NCBI RefSeq assembly: GCF_009834535.1
Contig: NC_045697.1
Span: forward strand, 108,936,001-109,000,000
From: Camelus ferus
Taxonomy: Eukaryota
Direction: 5' to 3'
Length of the DNA stretch: 64,000 nucleotides
The translations under genes were made by a program, and so were the position numbers. Positions 1-12,680 of this stretch are shown here, in pieces. Under the pieces are notes generated by a model. It had not been told where the DNA came from and did not search any database. It was given only the letters and a program-made list of their open reading frames with translations. The first letter of the stretch is position 1, and the number at the start of each line of letters is the position of its first letter.

Positions 1-254
1 AGGTGGACCCAATGGCAGGCAAAGGGTTGGGAACACCGAGGGTCATAATAAGAGATAGGGACAGAGCAGAAGACCTGGATACAGCACCCTCAGTAATTTG
101 GTACTGACTGGAAAGAAGGCAGATGATGGTGTTAAGGTGGGGAAGAGGGCAGTGCTGTGGGGTGGCCTGCAAAGAAATGGGGTTGGGAGTCAGCATTGCA
201 GGACCAAAAGCAGTTCTGAACTGCAGAGTTCCTCCAGGTGTACACAGAGGACAG

Positions 255-415
255 AGGACACCTGCATCAGAATCACCTCGCTTACTTGTTAGAAATTGTC
301 TCCTGGGCTCCATGCCCCAGCTTACTGAAAGTTACAACAGGCAGCTGAGAAGAATCTGCCTGTTCAGTAGATTTCTCAGGTGGTTCTTACCCAAACTCAA
401 GTTTGAGAATGGGTA
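255..415. mobile_element. MER5A-like hAT-Charlie fossil
   Basis: ctgcatcagaatcacct...gaatctgc...caggtggttct...aagtttgagaa motifs. Confidence 0.6.
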
Positions 416-869
416 GTTTAGAAGTGGAGAGCTGAGAAATTGCTGACCCTCCCTCTACCCACTTGATAAACAGAATGTGGGAGAATAATCAGCTTTGACT
501 CAGGATAATTGTAGAGTGGCAGAGAGGCCACCGCGAGGAGGTTAAGGATGTTGCAATATGTTTACAGTCAAACTGGGAATGTGGAGATCTGCTCGAACAA
601 CAGCTTTGCTTCTGGCAGATAATTCCTTAGAAGCAGCTAACTTAAAACAACAAAGGGGTTTTTTAAACTACCAAAATTCATAGAACATTTAACAATATTT
701 TCAGTTTGTTTCTTTAAAAAGTATATGAGGTAAATGCTTTGGGAGGTTTTATCCATTTTGAAAAATGAGATAAGGTGTTGAAATTGAGAAAACTTAGTAT
801 TCATATTATATCGGCTAGATGCTAGGTCTGCCAGAGAGGAGCAGGTTAGATGGTCTTAGGGAGCTTCCA

Positions 870-1560
870 GTCTGCAGCAGAAGAGCGTATAGACAGTGTT
901 AATACCATGTGAGAAGCGGTATGCTGGGCCAGGTATAGGGTGCTCTGGGAGCAGGTGGGAGGAGTATGGAATGATTCCCTGAGGAGTTTCTCTCCACACT
1001 GAATCGGAAGGATGAGCTAGCCAGATGAGGAAGGGCAGAGAATGTTCCCACCTGTGGCAAGACCATAGCGTTGAAAATTCACTATTGTTGGAGTGGAGAA
1101 TGTGTGGGCAGATGTGTGAGAAAGGAGACTGGAGAAATAGGGATGAGATCCTGCAAAACCTCAAAAATATGTGGAGGAGTTTGGACTTTACCTAGAAGGC
1201 AATGGAGGGCCGCTAAATGTCATAAAAAATGAAATGTCTCATCAGATTTGCATTTAGAAATTTGTCTCTGCCTATTGTTGGAAGAATGCATTTCAGGGCC
1301 GATATGACTAGAGAGGGAGACAAAGTCAGTTGGGTCACCAAGGGAAGAAGGGAAGGAAGACTTCGGACTTTGCTCTTGTAGAGAAGCTAGAACCAATAAA
1401 GAACACCAAGCCATTTTTTAAAATGTAGATAGGAGGGAAACTGGGAGAATGTAGTGTAAGGAAACTAGAGAGAAGAGAGTTCATGTAAGTTATAGAATAC
1501 TTGGGGAATCCTGACAGATTGTCGGTGGTTACAATGTGAACTTTGGGAATCACTGCTGTT
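870..1560 (-). mobile_element. L2 LINE fragments
   Basis: Purine-rich degenerate L2 antisense text (ggagtttggactttacctagaaggcaatggaggg..., tcagatttgcatttagaaa). Confidence 0.55.
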
Positions 1561-3639
1561 TTAAGATTTCTCCTCCCCTCCCTGAGTGAAAGAGAATTCA
1601 TTAATAAAACTCTAGTTCTGCTTACAAATGAAAGTGTTGTGCATCTGATTAAGGGTGTGTATTTTAAAGCAAATTTGCTGAACATTTAAGTATTGATATT
1701 GCACCAACTTTAGTGCTAAATTATAAAGTTACACATTTAACCTCATTCTTTTTTTACCTCGGTTAAAATGTAAATGGAGGCAAGTTATTTTGGTTGAAAA
1801 TGAGCACCCCTTCACAGCCTACGAAGCTGTAACTATAAGTATTATTTTGTATCCTTTGAAAAGGACTTAAACTATACATGAAACTTTTTTGCCAAAAGCA
1901 TTATATTTTGTTTCATTTTAATTGTTTGAAGATTTATTTTTAAAACTATTAAATACTCCAGCATTATCCTAGTAGCTTGAATAGAGTTAACTATAGGTTT
2001 ATTCCATTTTATTGTACAATTGTGAAGCACAACTTTGCAGAGTCTTAAACGTTGAGGCGAATGTCAGCGACATAAAAATGCAAATTAGGGATTTTATGTT
2101 GTTGGTTATAAATGGGCTCATTGTCTCTGAAATACATTCTGGAAACTATAGGCGTAAGTGCAGTAGCAGATATTGTAAAAGTTACTAAGCTAAGCACAAC
2201 CTTGTAACAGACACTTTAGAAATTCATGAGGGTTATGTAAAGACACATTTTAGATTTCTGTGAATTATGAGGCCAAATTATATTATTTAGAGAATGTGTA
2301 TTTTACAAAAAACAGTCAACAAGCTCATAAAATACTGAGTGTTTTCTCACAAGTCATGCATTCCTCTCTCCTATCCCGTGTCCTTTTGTGTTGCAGCAAC
2401 TTAGCTGCCAGACCACTATCAAAATGATAATTCTGTTCAGAATATGAATAGACCTATTTGTACCACTTTTGGTTAGGTTCCTTCTGTTAGTAACAGTTTA
2501 GGCAAAGAAGGCCTTAGTGCTTTTCAGATTTTACAGCTGTTTTATGTAAAGGACATGAGGTTTTTTTCTGGAAGCACTTTTGTTCGTTGAGTAGAGGATC
2601 CTTGGGAGACCACTGGGGGGTCTGAGTGAAACGTAACATCCTCAGACGGCTAGAAGTTGTTTCTTCCAGAGGCCGTGCATGACAGGATGGGAGCACCTTT
2701 TAAATTCTTGAAAGCTTAGGTAATGAGACATGTCCACCATATTTACTATTTAACCTGGTACTCGCTCCCCTCTCCCCAGCTACTACTACTGGATCTCTTT
2801 TCTGGGAATTTACACAATATTTTGTGACAGGACAGATGATTCAAAATGAATAATGTTCTTTCAGCTAAGTTCTAAGAGCACAGCAAACACGACTCTTCTG
2901 AACCTCTCTGTCATGTGTATGTCTGTGGTTTTTTTAATCCCTCATTTTGAGAGATATCTTTGATACTTTTTATCTTAAGGAGAGCTAAAAAGCTCTCAAG
3001 GCTTGAACAAAGCAATAACCAGGGAAATCACTCTATAAATAATTGAGCTTAATGACCAAACTTGCAAAGTTTAAGAAATATTTTGGTGGTTTGACATTAT
3101 TTATTTTGTAAGTGGTGTATTTGTCTTTCAGAGAGAAAACATTATCTGGTTTTAACTGTAAATATGAATAAAAGGATCACTAATATTTAAAACTGGAAAC
3201 CGTTTGATTTAATGTATTAGTGTACTAAAAAAATAAACTGGAACGGTAAAGATCATTTATTCAACCAAATGAACAGACTCAGAGATTTGGTAGAAATAAG
3301 AAGTAAATAAAACTAGATGTAAAGAATTTTCTTTTTAATTCTAAGTGTTCTCCAAAACAATACTCAGATGAAAAGGATATTGTGACAAAAGGTTATAAGT
3401 GATGTTAGGAAGTAAGTGAAATGGAAAGAAAGTTACTCATGTTTTAAACTAGTTGAAAATCACAAAATGAGAATGTATTTGCATTAGTGTGTGTTTAAAC
3501 TTCAGCAGATTCTGAAATAATGATTTTTTAAAAGGTATTTTTTAAATAATTTTTTTAGTACACATACTAACCAAAATAAATTCTAAGACTAATAAGTTGC
3601 TTGTAGCTATTTACATTACAGTTAATTTTGTTTCTTGAA

Positions 3640-4510
3640 GCTTGGTAACTAAGTGCCATTTTTCAGTGTTCCAGTTTTCTCATCTGTAAAAGAGTAGTGA
3701 AAATACCAATTAAACTATTATTGTCAAGATTAAATGAGATAATACAAGGCAGTTCCTGCTCTGTATAGTTCCAAAATGCATTAATTTCAGTTACCATGGT
3801 TTAATTGAAGAATACCAGTCTCCAATAACACAGCTCAAACTTCTGTCACCACAGTGTGTGAACTGTAATTGTATAAAGTACAAACTTCCCTGCTAACACT
3901 CAAGTCCATAAATCAACATGTAAGTAACAGATGCATATCGTGATTATTGACTAATCATGTCATTTCTTCCAAAGTCTCTTGGCAGTTGGTCACTGTGTAT
4001 CTGTTATTCATTTCACAAACAGACAGCAAATCATGTGGCTGTGTTACCACCTTGTCTCCTGGTCATAAATTCATGTGACGTTTTCCAGAAATGGATAATC
4101 CAAAGGGAATGGGTGAACAAAGATAGAAGTGCAGCAAAGAAATGAAAAGTGGTAACAATGGAAGAAGTGAAGTTCAAGTCAAACCTAAATGAAGTGATAG
4201 AAGAAACAGCTGACCATAAGCTTGTTGACACTGCCGCTGTTTGAGAGACTCTAGATTTGAGCCAGAAAAACTTATTGAAGCCCAGCTTAACAACATAAAC
4301 AAGGAAGGACTTTTTACATTTTGACGAGAATTTTTAAAGGTCATGGAATAATCACTTGTTCCCTTTAATCAGTCTGCGTGGTTTCCACGTGCTTGGTCGT
4401 TTTTACAGTCTTGATCTTGCACTGTCATGCAAGGTGAGGACTGCCTGTACGTAAAGTGCTTAGAACAATCCTGGCACATAGTAAGTGCTCGAGAAACGTT
4501 TACTATTCTA
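3640..4510. mobile_element. MIR split by a DNA transposon insertion
   Basis: MIR core cagttttctcatctgtaaaa...gattaaatgagataata stops at 3744 and resumes at 4448 with tacgtaaagtgcttagaaca..cctggcacatagtaagtgctc. Confidence 0.8.
3745..4447 (+). mobile_element. MER82-like TcMar-Tigger non-autonomous element
   Basis: TA at 3743-44 and at 4448-49. Imperfect TIRs (caaggcagttcct... / ...gaggactgcctg). Internal remnant of a transposase N-terminus (NKDRSAAKK). Confidence 0.75.
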
Positions 4511-4569
4511 ATTAATAGTAATAGCACTAATTAGTTGTAAAGATGATTGTAATAGGGGAGAGGGATAGC

Positions 4570-4780
4570 TAATATTAAGTGAGTGCCTAGAAATATGTAC
4601 AGGGTACCTTGCCCATATTACCTCATCTAATTTTCATAATACTCTGGAGTAATTTTAGCCTCTTTTTACAGCTGAGCTAACAGGGGCCAAGAAAGTTTTT
4701 AAGTACTTGCCCAGGATCACATAGCCAACTAGATAAGAAAGCTAGTATTCAGATGAGGTCATCTGAATTACCTTTCCAGG
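4570..4780. mobile_element. MIR
   Basis: cctctttttacagctgag...taagtacttgcccaggatcacatagc motif. Confidence 0.6.
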
Positions 4781-5194
4781 TCTTTCATGTTTCTAGTAAT
4801 AGCTGATACTAGATGAGACTGTCACAAACTTTAAAAAGTGATTTGAGAGTCGTTGCTATTGATTAACATTTTTAAAGTATGCCATACAGAATTCAAGAGG
4901 TGATTTCATGAGGGACTCTAATTAAGGTAAAGAAAGCAAGAATAAATCTTTGCAGCTTGTTTGTATGTTATTATGTTGTTGTGGTGTTACTTTATGTTTA
5001 TTAAATTTTATTTGGATTGGATTGGATAATCTCCATTGATTATCTAACAAAGAGTTCGCTTTTGGTCTTTTTGGTCTTGCTAATGAAAAACTCTAGATGT
5101 TAAGTGTACATTGGTTTTACCACTACTCTTTTTTTTCAAAAAAGCTTTTATCAAATACTGGATATAAAAGAGTGTTGATAACATATATAAGGTA

Positions 5195-7060
5195 TAAAAA
5201 ATAAGAATACATATAAAAGACATACAGATTGGAAAGGAAGAGGTAAAACTATCTCTGTTTGTGGGCAGCGTGACCTTGTATATAGAAAATCCTAAAGAAT
5301 CCACACACCAAAAAAACCTATTAAAACTAATAAGTTCAGCATAGTTGTAGGATATAAGAGCAATATGCAAAGTTCAATTTTATTTCCCTACTCTAGGAAT
5401 AAATAATCTGAAAACAAATTTAAGAAAATAGTTCCATTTACAATAGCATCAAAAATAAGAAAATACTCAGGAATATGTGCTAATCTTGTACCCTAAAAAC
5501 TATAGAACATGTGGAGAGAAGTTAAAGAAGATCTAAATAAATGGAAGGACATCTCATGTTCATGAATCAGAAGGCTTAATTTGTTTAGATGGCAGTGCTC
5601 CTCACATCAATCAGATTCAACACAATCTCTGTTAAAATCCAAGCTAGCTTTTTTTGTAGAAATTGACTAACATTATATGTAAATGCAAAGGATGCAGAAT
5701 ACCCAGAGCGTTTTGAAAAAGGACAGAGTTGTAGGACTCACTACTTCTAATTTCAAAACCTACCACAAAGCTACAGTAATCAACACAGTCACAGTATGGT
5801 GCTGGCATAAGGAAGACATACAGATAGTGAAACAGAATTGAGAGTACAGAAGTAGACCCTTATATTTATGGTTAGTTGAGGTTCAACAAGGTTGTCAAGA
5901 CATATTTCAGTGTCGAAAGAATAGCCTTTAACAAATGGTGCTCGGACAACTGGATATCCATGTGCAAAAAATGAAGTTGAACCCAGCCCTCACACCATAC
6001 TCTAAAATTAACTCAAAATGGAGCAAAGACTTAAACGTAAGAGCTAAAACTATGAAACTCTTAGAAGAAAATCATAATTGTGAATCTTTATGACCTCAGA
6101 TTAGGCACTTTAGTTTCTTAGATATGAAACCAGAAGCATGAAAAACAACAAAATAAATAAATTAGACTTTGTCAAAATTTAAAACTTTTGTGTTTTAAAG
6201 AACACCATGAAGGAAGTGAAAAGGCAGTTGACAGAATGGGAAAAAATATTTATAAATCATGTCTGATAAGTGATTTTTCTCTTAACAACTCAACAGTAAA
6301 ATGGTAAATGACCCACTTAAAAATGGGTCAAAAAATCGAAATAGACGTTTCTCCAAAGAAGATATACAAATGCCAATAAGCATATGAAAAGATGTTCAAC
6401 GTCATTAGTCATTAAGGAACTATATATCAACACTTTAGTGAGATACTAGTTCCTACCTGCTAGGATGGCTGTTATCAAAAAGACAGATGCTAACAAGTAT
6501 TGATGAGGATGTGGAGAAATTGGAACCCTCATACTTTGCTTTTGGGAATGTAAGATGGTGTAGCCCTTTTGGAAGACAGTCTGACAATTCCTGAAAAAGT
6601 TAAACATACAGTTACTATATGACCTAGCCAAAAACATATACAATAATGTCCATAGCAACATAATTCATAATAGTGAAAAAGTGGAAACAGTCCAAATAGC
6701 TATCAGCTAATGAATGGATATACAAATTGTAAATAAACAACGGCATAGTATTCTACCATGAAAAGAAATGAACTACTGATATATGCTACAATATGAATGA
6801 ATGAACCTTAAAAATAGCATACTATAAGACACATAGTATATGATTCCATTTATATGACTATCCAGAGTAAGCAAATTCATAGAAACAGAAAGTAGATTAG
6901 TAGTTGTCAGGGGCTGGTGAAGGGTAGTAATGGAAAGTGACTTCTCATGGGTGCAGAGTTTGTTTTTGGGGTGATAAAGATGTTCTATAATTAGATAGTA
7001 GTGATGGCTATATAAATGTAAATATACCAAAAGCCACTGAATTATGTACTTTAAAAGTAC
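5195..7060 (+). mobile_element. Old L1 (L1MB-like), 3' part of ORF2 plus 3' UTR
   Basis: ggaaaggaagaggtaaaactatctctgttt, aaatggtgctcggacaactggatatcc, ctccaaagaagatatacaaat, ending in gccactgaattatgtactttaaaa. Reading frame is disrupted. Confidence 0.9.
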
Positions 7061-7149
7061 ATAGTTATATTTTAGTGAAGTGAATTCACAGTGCAGTGAA
7101 TACCTATATGTCTACCATTCAATTAAGAACTAGAACATCGTTTTACATT

Positions 7150-7720
7150 TTAAGTCGTTGTTTCCCTACTTAGCCACATGGCTCATTCCCTCACTTTGTT
7201 CAGAATTCTGCCCACATTTTACCTCTTCAGAGTGACCTTCCCTGAGTATCCCATCTAAAGAAGCACCCTTTGCCTGTCACTCTGTATCCCTCTTTATCCT
7301 GCATTAAACAAACAAGCTTACTACTTACTACAGTTTACCCCTGAACCATGGGTTGAGACACGCACCCTCCCTGCTGTTGAATTTTCATATAACTTTACCT
7401 TCAGCCCTTCATATCTGCAATTCAGCATCGGAGGAATCAGCCACCTGGGATTATGTAGCACTGTTGTACAAACATATTTATTAAAAAAAGCATAAAAGGA
7501 GACGCAGTTCAAACCTGTGTTGTTCAAGGATCAGCTGTGCTTGTTACAGCACTTACTATTACCTGTGATGCAGTTACTCGCTCTCAGTCTCCTCCTTTCC
7601 CGATGCCTCCTGTGAGTCTAATGGGCAGACTTGGTCTGTTTCCTGCACTGCTGTATCTGTAGTGTCTAGAGCAGTGGCTGTCTTGAACTGGGTGCTCATT
7701 AAATGTTGACTCAGTGAGTA
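7150..7720 (+). mobile_element. L2 3' fragment interrupted by a Tigger-type MITE
   Basis: cctcttcagagtgaccttccctga... and the L2 tail gtgtctagagcagtg...gtgctcattaaatgttga. Confidence 0.6.
7331..7537. mobile_element. MER8/Tigger-type MITE
   Basis: ta|cagtttacccctgaa ... gcagttcaaacctgtgttgttcaaggatcagctg; ends match the cagttgacccttgaacaac-type TIR. Confidence 0.7.
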
Positions 7721-7967
7721 AATGCTTTATGTTCCAGAGCTCAAGCAGTACTTTCTCCTTTCCTGTTCGGTTCTCATGAACTTAGTCCCTGTTCTGAATG
7801 CTGCTGATACTGTCTTTACTTTGGCACCAAGTTCAACTTTTATATTAATGTTTGTGTATCTTGTCTCTCCAGGGAGGCAAGGACTGTACCTTATCTTTTT
7901 CCTTGCCCAGAAAGTTCAACATAGTAAGAATAAGCAGATAACTCATTAAATTTAAAGCAATCCTATT

Positions 7968-8179
7968 TTTTTTAACATTTTTTATTGAGTTATAGTCATT
8001 TTACAATGTTGTGTCAATTTCGAGTGTAGAGCACAGTTTTTCAGTTATACGTGAACATACATATATTCATTGTCACATTTTTTTTTGCTGTGAGCTACCA
8101 CAAGATCTTGTATATATTTCCCTGTGCTATACAGTATAATCTTGTTTATCTATTCTGCATATGCCTGTCAGTATCTACA
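7968..8179 (-). mobile_element. Young lineage-specific L1 3' end, 5'-truncated (~210 bp)
   Basis: Poly-T then ttgagttatagtcattttacaatgttgtg...ccctgtgctatacagta. Perfect 14-bp TSD aaagcaatcctatt at 7954-7967 and 8180-8193. Confidence 0.9.
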
Positions 8180-8339
8180 AAAGCAATCCTATTGTTATAG
8201 CAACTTTTTAGTCTGTATGGTGTTTGACATGAAGTCAAACCATGTAATCCCTTGAGAACATTTAATAGTCTGGATTTTACTTCTAGTGAGACTGGAGAGT
8301 TTTGTCTAGGGAATAACTTTGATTGATGTGTGGAGTTAG

Positions 8340-9060
8340 AGGTCTGTGTCACGGATAGAAAGAGGGAAACAATTGGAAGGCACTTTGAATAATCCAGGTG
8401 AAATATGATGCTGGCTTAGACCGGGGTGGAAGCAGTGGAGGTGGTGAGAGTTGTTTTGATCCTGGATATATTTTGAGGGTAAATCTAATAGGATCTGCTG
8501 CTGATGGTTTGGATGTGGGTATAAGAGAGGAAGAAGAGTCAAAGGTAACTTCTAAGATTTTTTGGTAATATTTTGGTAGTAGAGATGCCATTAACTGAAA
8601 AGAGTAGAAACTATAGGTAGTAGTATTTTGTTCTGTCTGTTGAGAGTGGGGATTTACTGTGGAATCAGTCTGTTTGGGACATACTAAGTTTGAGGTGCCT
8701 ATGTGATATCCAAGTAGGAAATAACAAGTGTGAAGTATGTAATTAGATATTACTATAGAAGGAGGCCCAGGTAAGACATGAATTTTGGAGTTGTCAATGT
8801 ATAGGTGATTTTTAAAGCCGGAGGGAATAAATAAGATCATCCAAGACGTGAGGACAGGAGAAAAAATCCTCTGACTGAAGCCCAGGCACTCCAGGATTTG
8901 GAAGTTGGGGAGATGAGGAGGAATCAGCAAAGGAGACAATAGCACATATCAAATGACATAAGAGGAAAATAGGAGTGTCCTGAAGCTGGGGGTTGAAAAT
9001 GTAATAAGGAGAGAACAGTCACCTGTGTCAAATGCTCTTTGATAAATCACGTAAAATGAG
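8340..9060 (-). mobile_element. L2 LINE fragment (RT region)
   Basis: aatccaggtgaaatatgatg..., ggatatattttgagggta, ggtttggatgtggg...gagtcaaagg. Minus-strand translation has HLYIDNSKI, a decayed YADD-like motif. Confidence 0.8.
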
Positions 9061-10077
9061 AATTAACTTCATTAGTCATTAATTCAGGGTCCACCGTACC
9101 AATCAAGTAATTTACCTAGGCAAAATGAATGAGCTTCTCAAGAAAAGCCCTTCTCAACACTTGTCAATTATGAGAGATTGTATCTCTTAAGTTTTGACTT
9201 TGCAAATTGGAAAACTCAAAATGTTAACTCTGAGTTTTCAGATTATAACTGTACATTGTATGTGGTGGGATAGAGTATTAAGAAAGGATTTCAAAGGCAT
9301 TTATATTTTAATGCATCACTAACGTGTCATTGTTGTAAAAAAAACAATAGGATCTATTCATAGACTCTGATTATGAAAATTGGGTAATTCCTCATACCTA
9401 AGCCAGAGGAAAGAAAAGACTTCTAACTGGAAATCTGTGTGTTTTGGCTTCCTCTCTTTTCTGTTACTATAAGACTGAATGTCAGATATTACTCCATTTA
9501 TTACAGTTACAAGCTAACTTGCAATTAGTTTGGCTAACATCCATGTTTAATGTAAATCTAAGTTGCAGACAATTTCCTTTACCTCACTCTGTTTGAAGTG
9601 AGAGAAGCCCTGTTTACCTAACTAGCCTTGAAATCAAAGGGAAATTTAATATTGCAAGTTAATGATTTATTTATACTGAACATTAGCCAGACTCATCATG
9701 ATTATATTAGATATCAGTTTTTTAATATTAGACATGACATTTTAGCCATCTTACTTCTGTTCTTTAAAATGATTTTCCTGGTGTATCAGTAGATTAGAAA
9801 TTTGAAATTGAATCTTAATATCTGTCTGATGCTTAGTTCTAAAATGATGAAAGTATTTTGTATTTGGTATACACTACACCTCTTAATAGCAAATCTTGCT
9901 GAGTTTGCTGCTGATTATACATCATTACAGAGTGCCATGACAGCATAAGGATATGCTACATAGAAGAGAGAAAAATAGTTAAAGGTGTTATTAAAAGGAC
10001 ACAATTAAGCTGAACAATTAAGTTATGGAATATGAGAGTTTTTACAAGATTTTCTTTTTTATTCAAATGCTGCTAAG

Positions 10078-10186
10078 GATTTGAAGTGCTCATTACCAGC
10101 TGGACTTGGTCTCTCAGAAACCCAGATCACATCTCACGGCTTTGACAGTACCAAAGAGGGAGTTATTGAAGCAGGAGCATTTCAAG
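10078..10186 (+). CDS. ARFIP1: Arfaptin-1 coding exon, first one in the window (109 nt, phase 0 to 1)
   Basis: Acceptor ctaag| and donor |gtaagg. Translates DLKCSLPAGLGLSETQITSHGFDSTKEGVIEAGAFQ(G), matching the recalled N-terminal region of arfaptin-1. Confidence 0.95.
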
Positions 10187-10596
10187 GTAAGGAACTCATT
10201 ATTTTTAAAGATGGCTTGTGTGGAGGATGGGAGAAGTTCACTAAGTGCTACCTTTATTAATAAAATACAAGAATTGACCCCTTTAATGCCATGATAAAAC
10301 ACTGACTATAAACATAATCCTTTTTCTCTTCAATTTAAATAATTTAGGAATTCTTTTTAGTAGTCATCTTTATGTAAATAGATCATTGTTCATAATTTTG
10401 CTGGTTATTATTTAATAATTGAATTTAAAATACTGAAATAAAAACTCAAAAATTACATAAGGAATGCAGATTTAAATTATTTTAACTGTAACCACAAAAT
10501 GTGTAACTATAAGCCAGTATTGGTTTGTATAAATACATATTTCCTATTTCAAAGCAATTAGGAAAATGAAACTTTTCTTTTTCTTACTATACTTTC

Positions 10597-11125
10597 TGTG
10601 TAGGAGGTCTCCAAGACCACCCTCAGATTCAATAATTTGCCGAGAGGACTCGCTGGACTCAGTCTGTAGTCATACTCCAGGCTGTGATTAGTACAGTTAG
10701 CAAAGGCAAAGGATGCCTGAGCAAAAGTCTGGGAAAACAAGGCATAAGCCTGCACGGGTCTGTTGCTAGTACAGTCACATGGAACATACCTAATTCTCCC
10801 TGCAGAGTTGTGATAACAAATATGAAATGTTGCTAACCAGGGAAGGCCATTAGAGACTCGATGCCCAGGATTTTTGCTGGAAACTGCTCACTTAGGCACC
10901 CTCTGCCTAGCGTGTACAAAGATTCCAGACTCCCAGAAGGAAAGCATAAACCACACGGTTAGTATAAACAGTTGAAGCATAGTGAGCGAGGCTTAACCAT
11001 TCTGGGAATGGAGGCAATCAACCCAAAATTAAAGTTCTCAGATGCCAATCGAGGGCTAGTTTTTTGTAAGCTGGTCTGTTTAAGGATAAGTAGTTAGACC
11101 TGCTATTTTAGCTCTTTTCTGCACA
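10597..11125 (-). mobile_element. ERVL solo LTR (MER77/MER21-like)
   Basis: TG...CA ends (tgtgtagg ... cttttctgcaca) and flanking 5-mers ctttc / cattc (4 of 5 match, TSD-like). Confidence 0.75.
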
Positions 11126-11131
11126 CATTCC

Positions 11132-11159
<28 letters not shown>
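11132..11159. repeat. (AT)n microsatellite
   Basis: 14 perfect AT units. Confidence 0.95.
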
Positions 11160-11162
<3 letters not shown>

Positions 11163-11628
11163 TACTTTTAATATAAAGAAAAACACCTCTTTTTTTTTTA
11201 ATGCTCTTGCCTATAATAACCTTGTTTAGGTGTTTTTTCATTTCACACAAGTGAAGTGAAAATAAAATCATGTGCACAATTGGATGCAAAATGGATTGTT
11301 TTCTTGATGGAGCTATAAAAGTGGCAGCTGTGGTTCATGCTCAGTGAAGTGTAACAATCTTAATACTACATTATAATTTTGCTAAATGAAAAAAATATCT
11401 CCATGCCTTTGTAATCCTTAGCCCTCTTGCGGATGATGGTATTCTATATTTTTATTACACCAATGGCCAGTACTTCAATCAAAAACAATTTATATTTTGA
11501 AATGTATTCTTTGCTAAACAGATCCTGAAACTAGGCATTTAAGATAACCCGGTATAATACCTTCTACTCTGGGCTGTAAAATGAATGGGCTGTCTAGTGA
11601 CATCATTTTTTTCCCCTTTTCATTCTTA

Positions 11629-11722
11629 AAATTTTTTTTTAAGTGGAGGTACTGGGGATTGAATGCAGGACCTCCTGCATGCTAAACTTGTGCTCCACCA
11701 CTGAGTTGTACCCATGCCCCTA
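11629..11722 (-). mobile_element. tRNA-Ala-derived SINE (camelid vic-1 type)
   Basis: Reverse complement reads ggtacaactcagtggtggagcacaagtttagcatgcaggaggtcctgcattcaatccccagtacctccac then an A tail. 13-bp TSD cttttcRttctta at 11616-11628 and 11723-11735 (1 mismatch). Confidence 0.85.
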
Positions 11723-12204
11723 CTTTTCGTTCTTAGGTTCAGAAAAATAAAGGTATAGAAAGGAACATACATGTCAATATATCAGTAGTCATTGTGTAGC
11801 GTTGTGGTGTCCTTATCTAGGGGTTAACTTTGAATTTGAAAAGGTTAACTGATTGCCTAAAACGAATACTTAAAGATATAAGGCTGGCTTTGCATAATGT
11901 GACAACATTTTTGGACCAATCACCAATTTCCAAATTTAAATGTCAATATAGAATTAAAAAGTACTTTTACTATTAAGATATTTTAAGTGTTTTCAGTGAA
12001 ATTATTTAGATGACATTTGGTGTTATCCTTTTGCCCTTAAGTGGAATAATATTATACAGTAATCGAAATCAGCTGGCCATTATCACCTGCTGTGCATAAG
12101 CATGAAAATGCCAGTCAGTTTCACTTGCTTATAAATGCATCCTAATCCTTTAAATTGGAATAAAAAATACGTTTTATGATAATGGCAGTAATTTATGTCT
12201 CTTT

Positions 12205-12680
12205 GTTTTAAAGTTACTACAAAATAATGGCTTTATTTCCCTATGCTGTACAATTTATCTTTGTAGTTTATTTAGTTTATACATAGTAGTTTGTTCCTCT
12301 TAATCCTAGACCTTTGCACCCCTCTCCTCCTCTCCCTCTCTCCCCTGGTAACCACTAGTTTGTTCTCTGTATCTGTGAGTCTGTTTCAGTTTTGTTATAT
12401 ACATTGGTTTATTTTATTTTTTAGATTCCTCAAGTAAGTGATAACAAGAATATTTGTCTTTGACTTATTCTACCAGGTATAATACCCTCTAGGTCCATCC
12501 GTGTTGTTGCAAATGGCAGAATCTCATTCTTATGGCTGAGTAATATTCCATTATATATATATATATATATTCCACATCTTCTTTATGTATTCATCTGTTG
12601 AGAGAACTGACACTTAGGTTGCTTCCATATCTGGGCTATTGTAAATAATGCTTCTATGAACATTGAGGTGCATATGTTAT
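12205..12680 (-). mobile_element. L1 3' UTR/ORF2-end fragment with internal (TA)n
   Basis: ccctctaggtccatccgtgttgttgcaaatggcag, ggctgagtaatattccatt, cacttaggttgcttccatatc. Confidence 0.88.

Noticed and set aside
3957..4145. ORF with transposase-like NKDRSAAKK
   Set aside because: Remnant within a non-autonomous Tigger-type element, with no catalytic domain.
8349..8945. Longest ORF in the track (198 aa, minus strand)
   Set aside because: It lies wholly within a decayed L2, has only a degenerate YADD-like remnant and no ATG start. It is a chance open stretch, not a gene.
1..10077. ARFIP1 start-codon exon, promoter or CpG island
   Set aside because: I found no MAQESPK-like coding sequence and no CpG-rich region, so the gene's 5' end lies upstream of the window.
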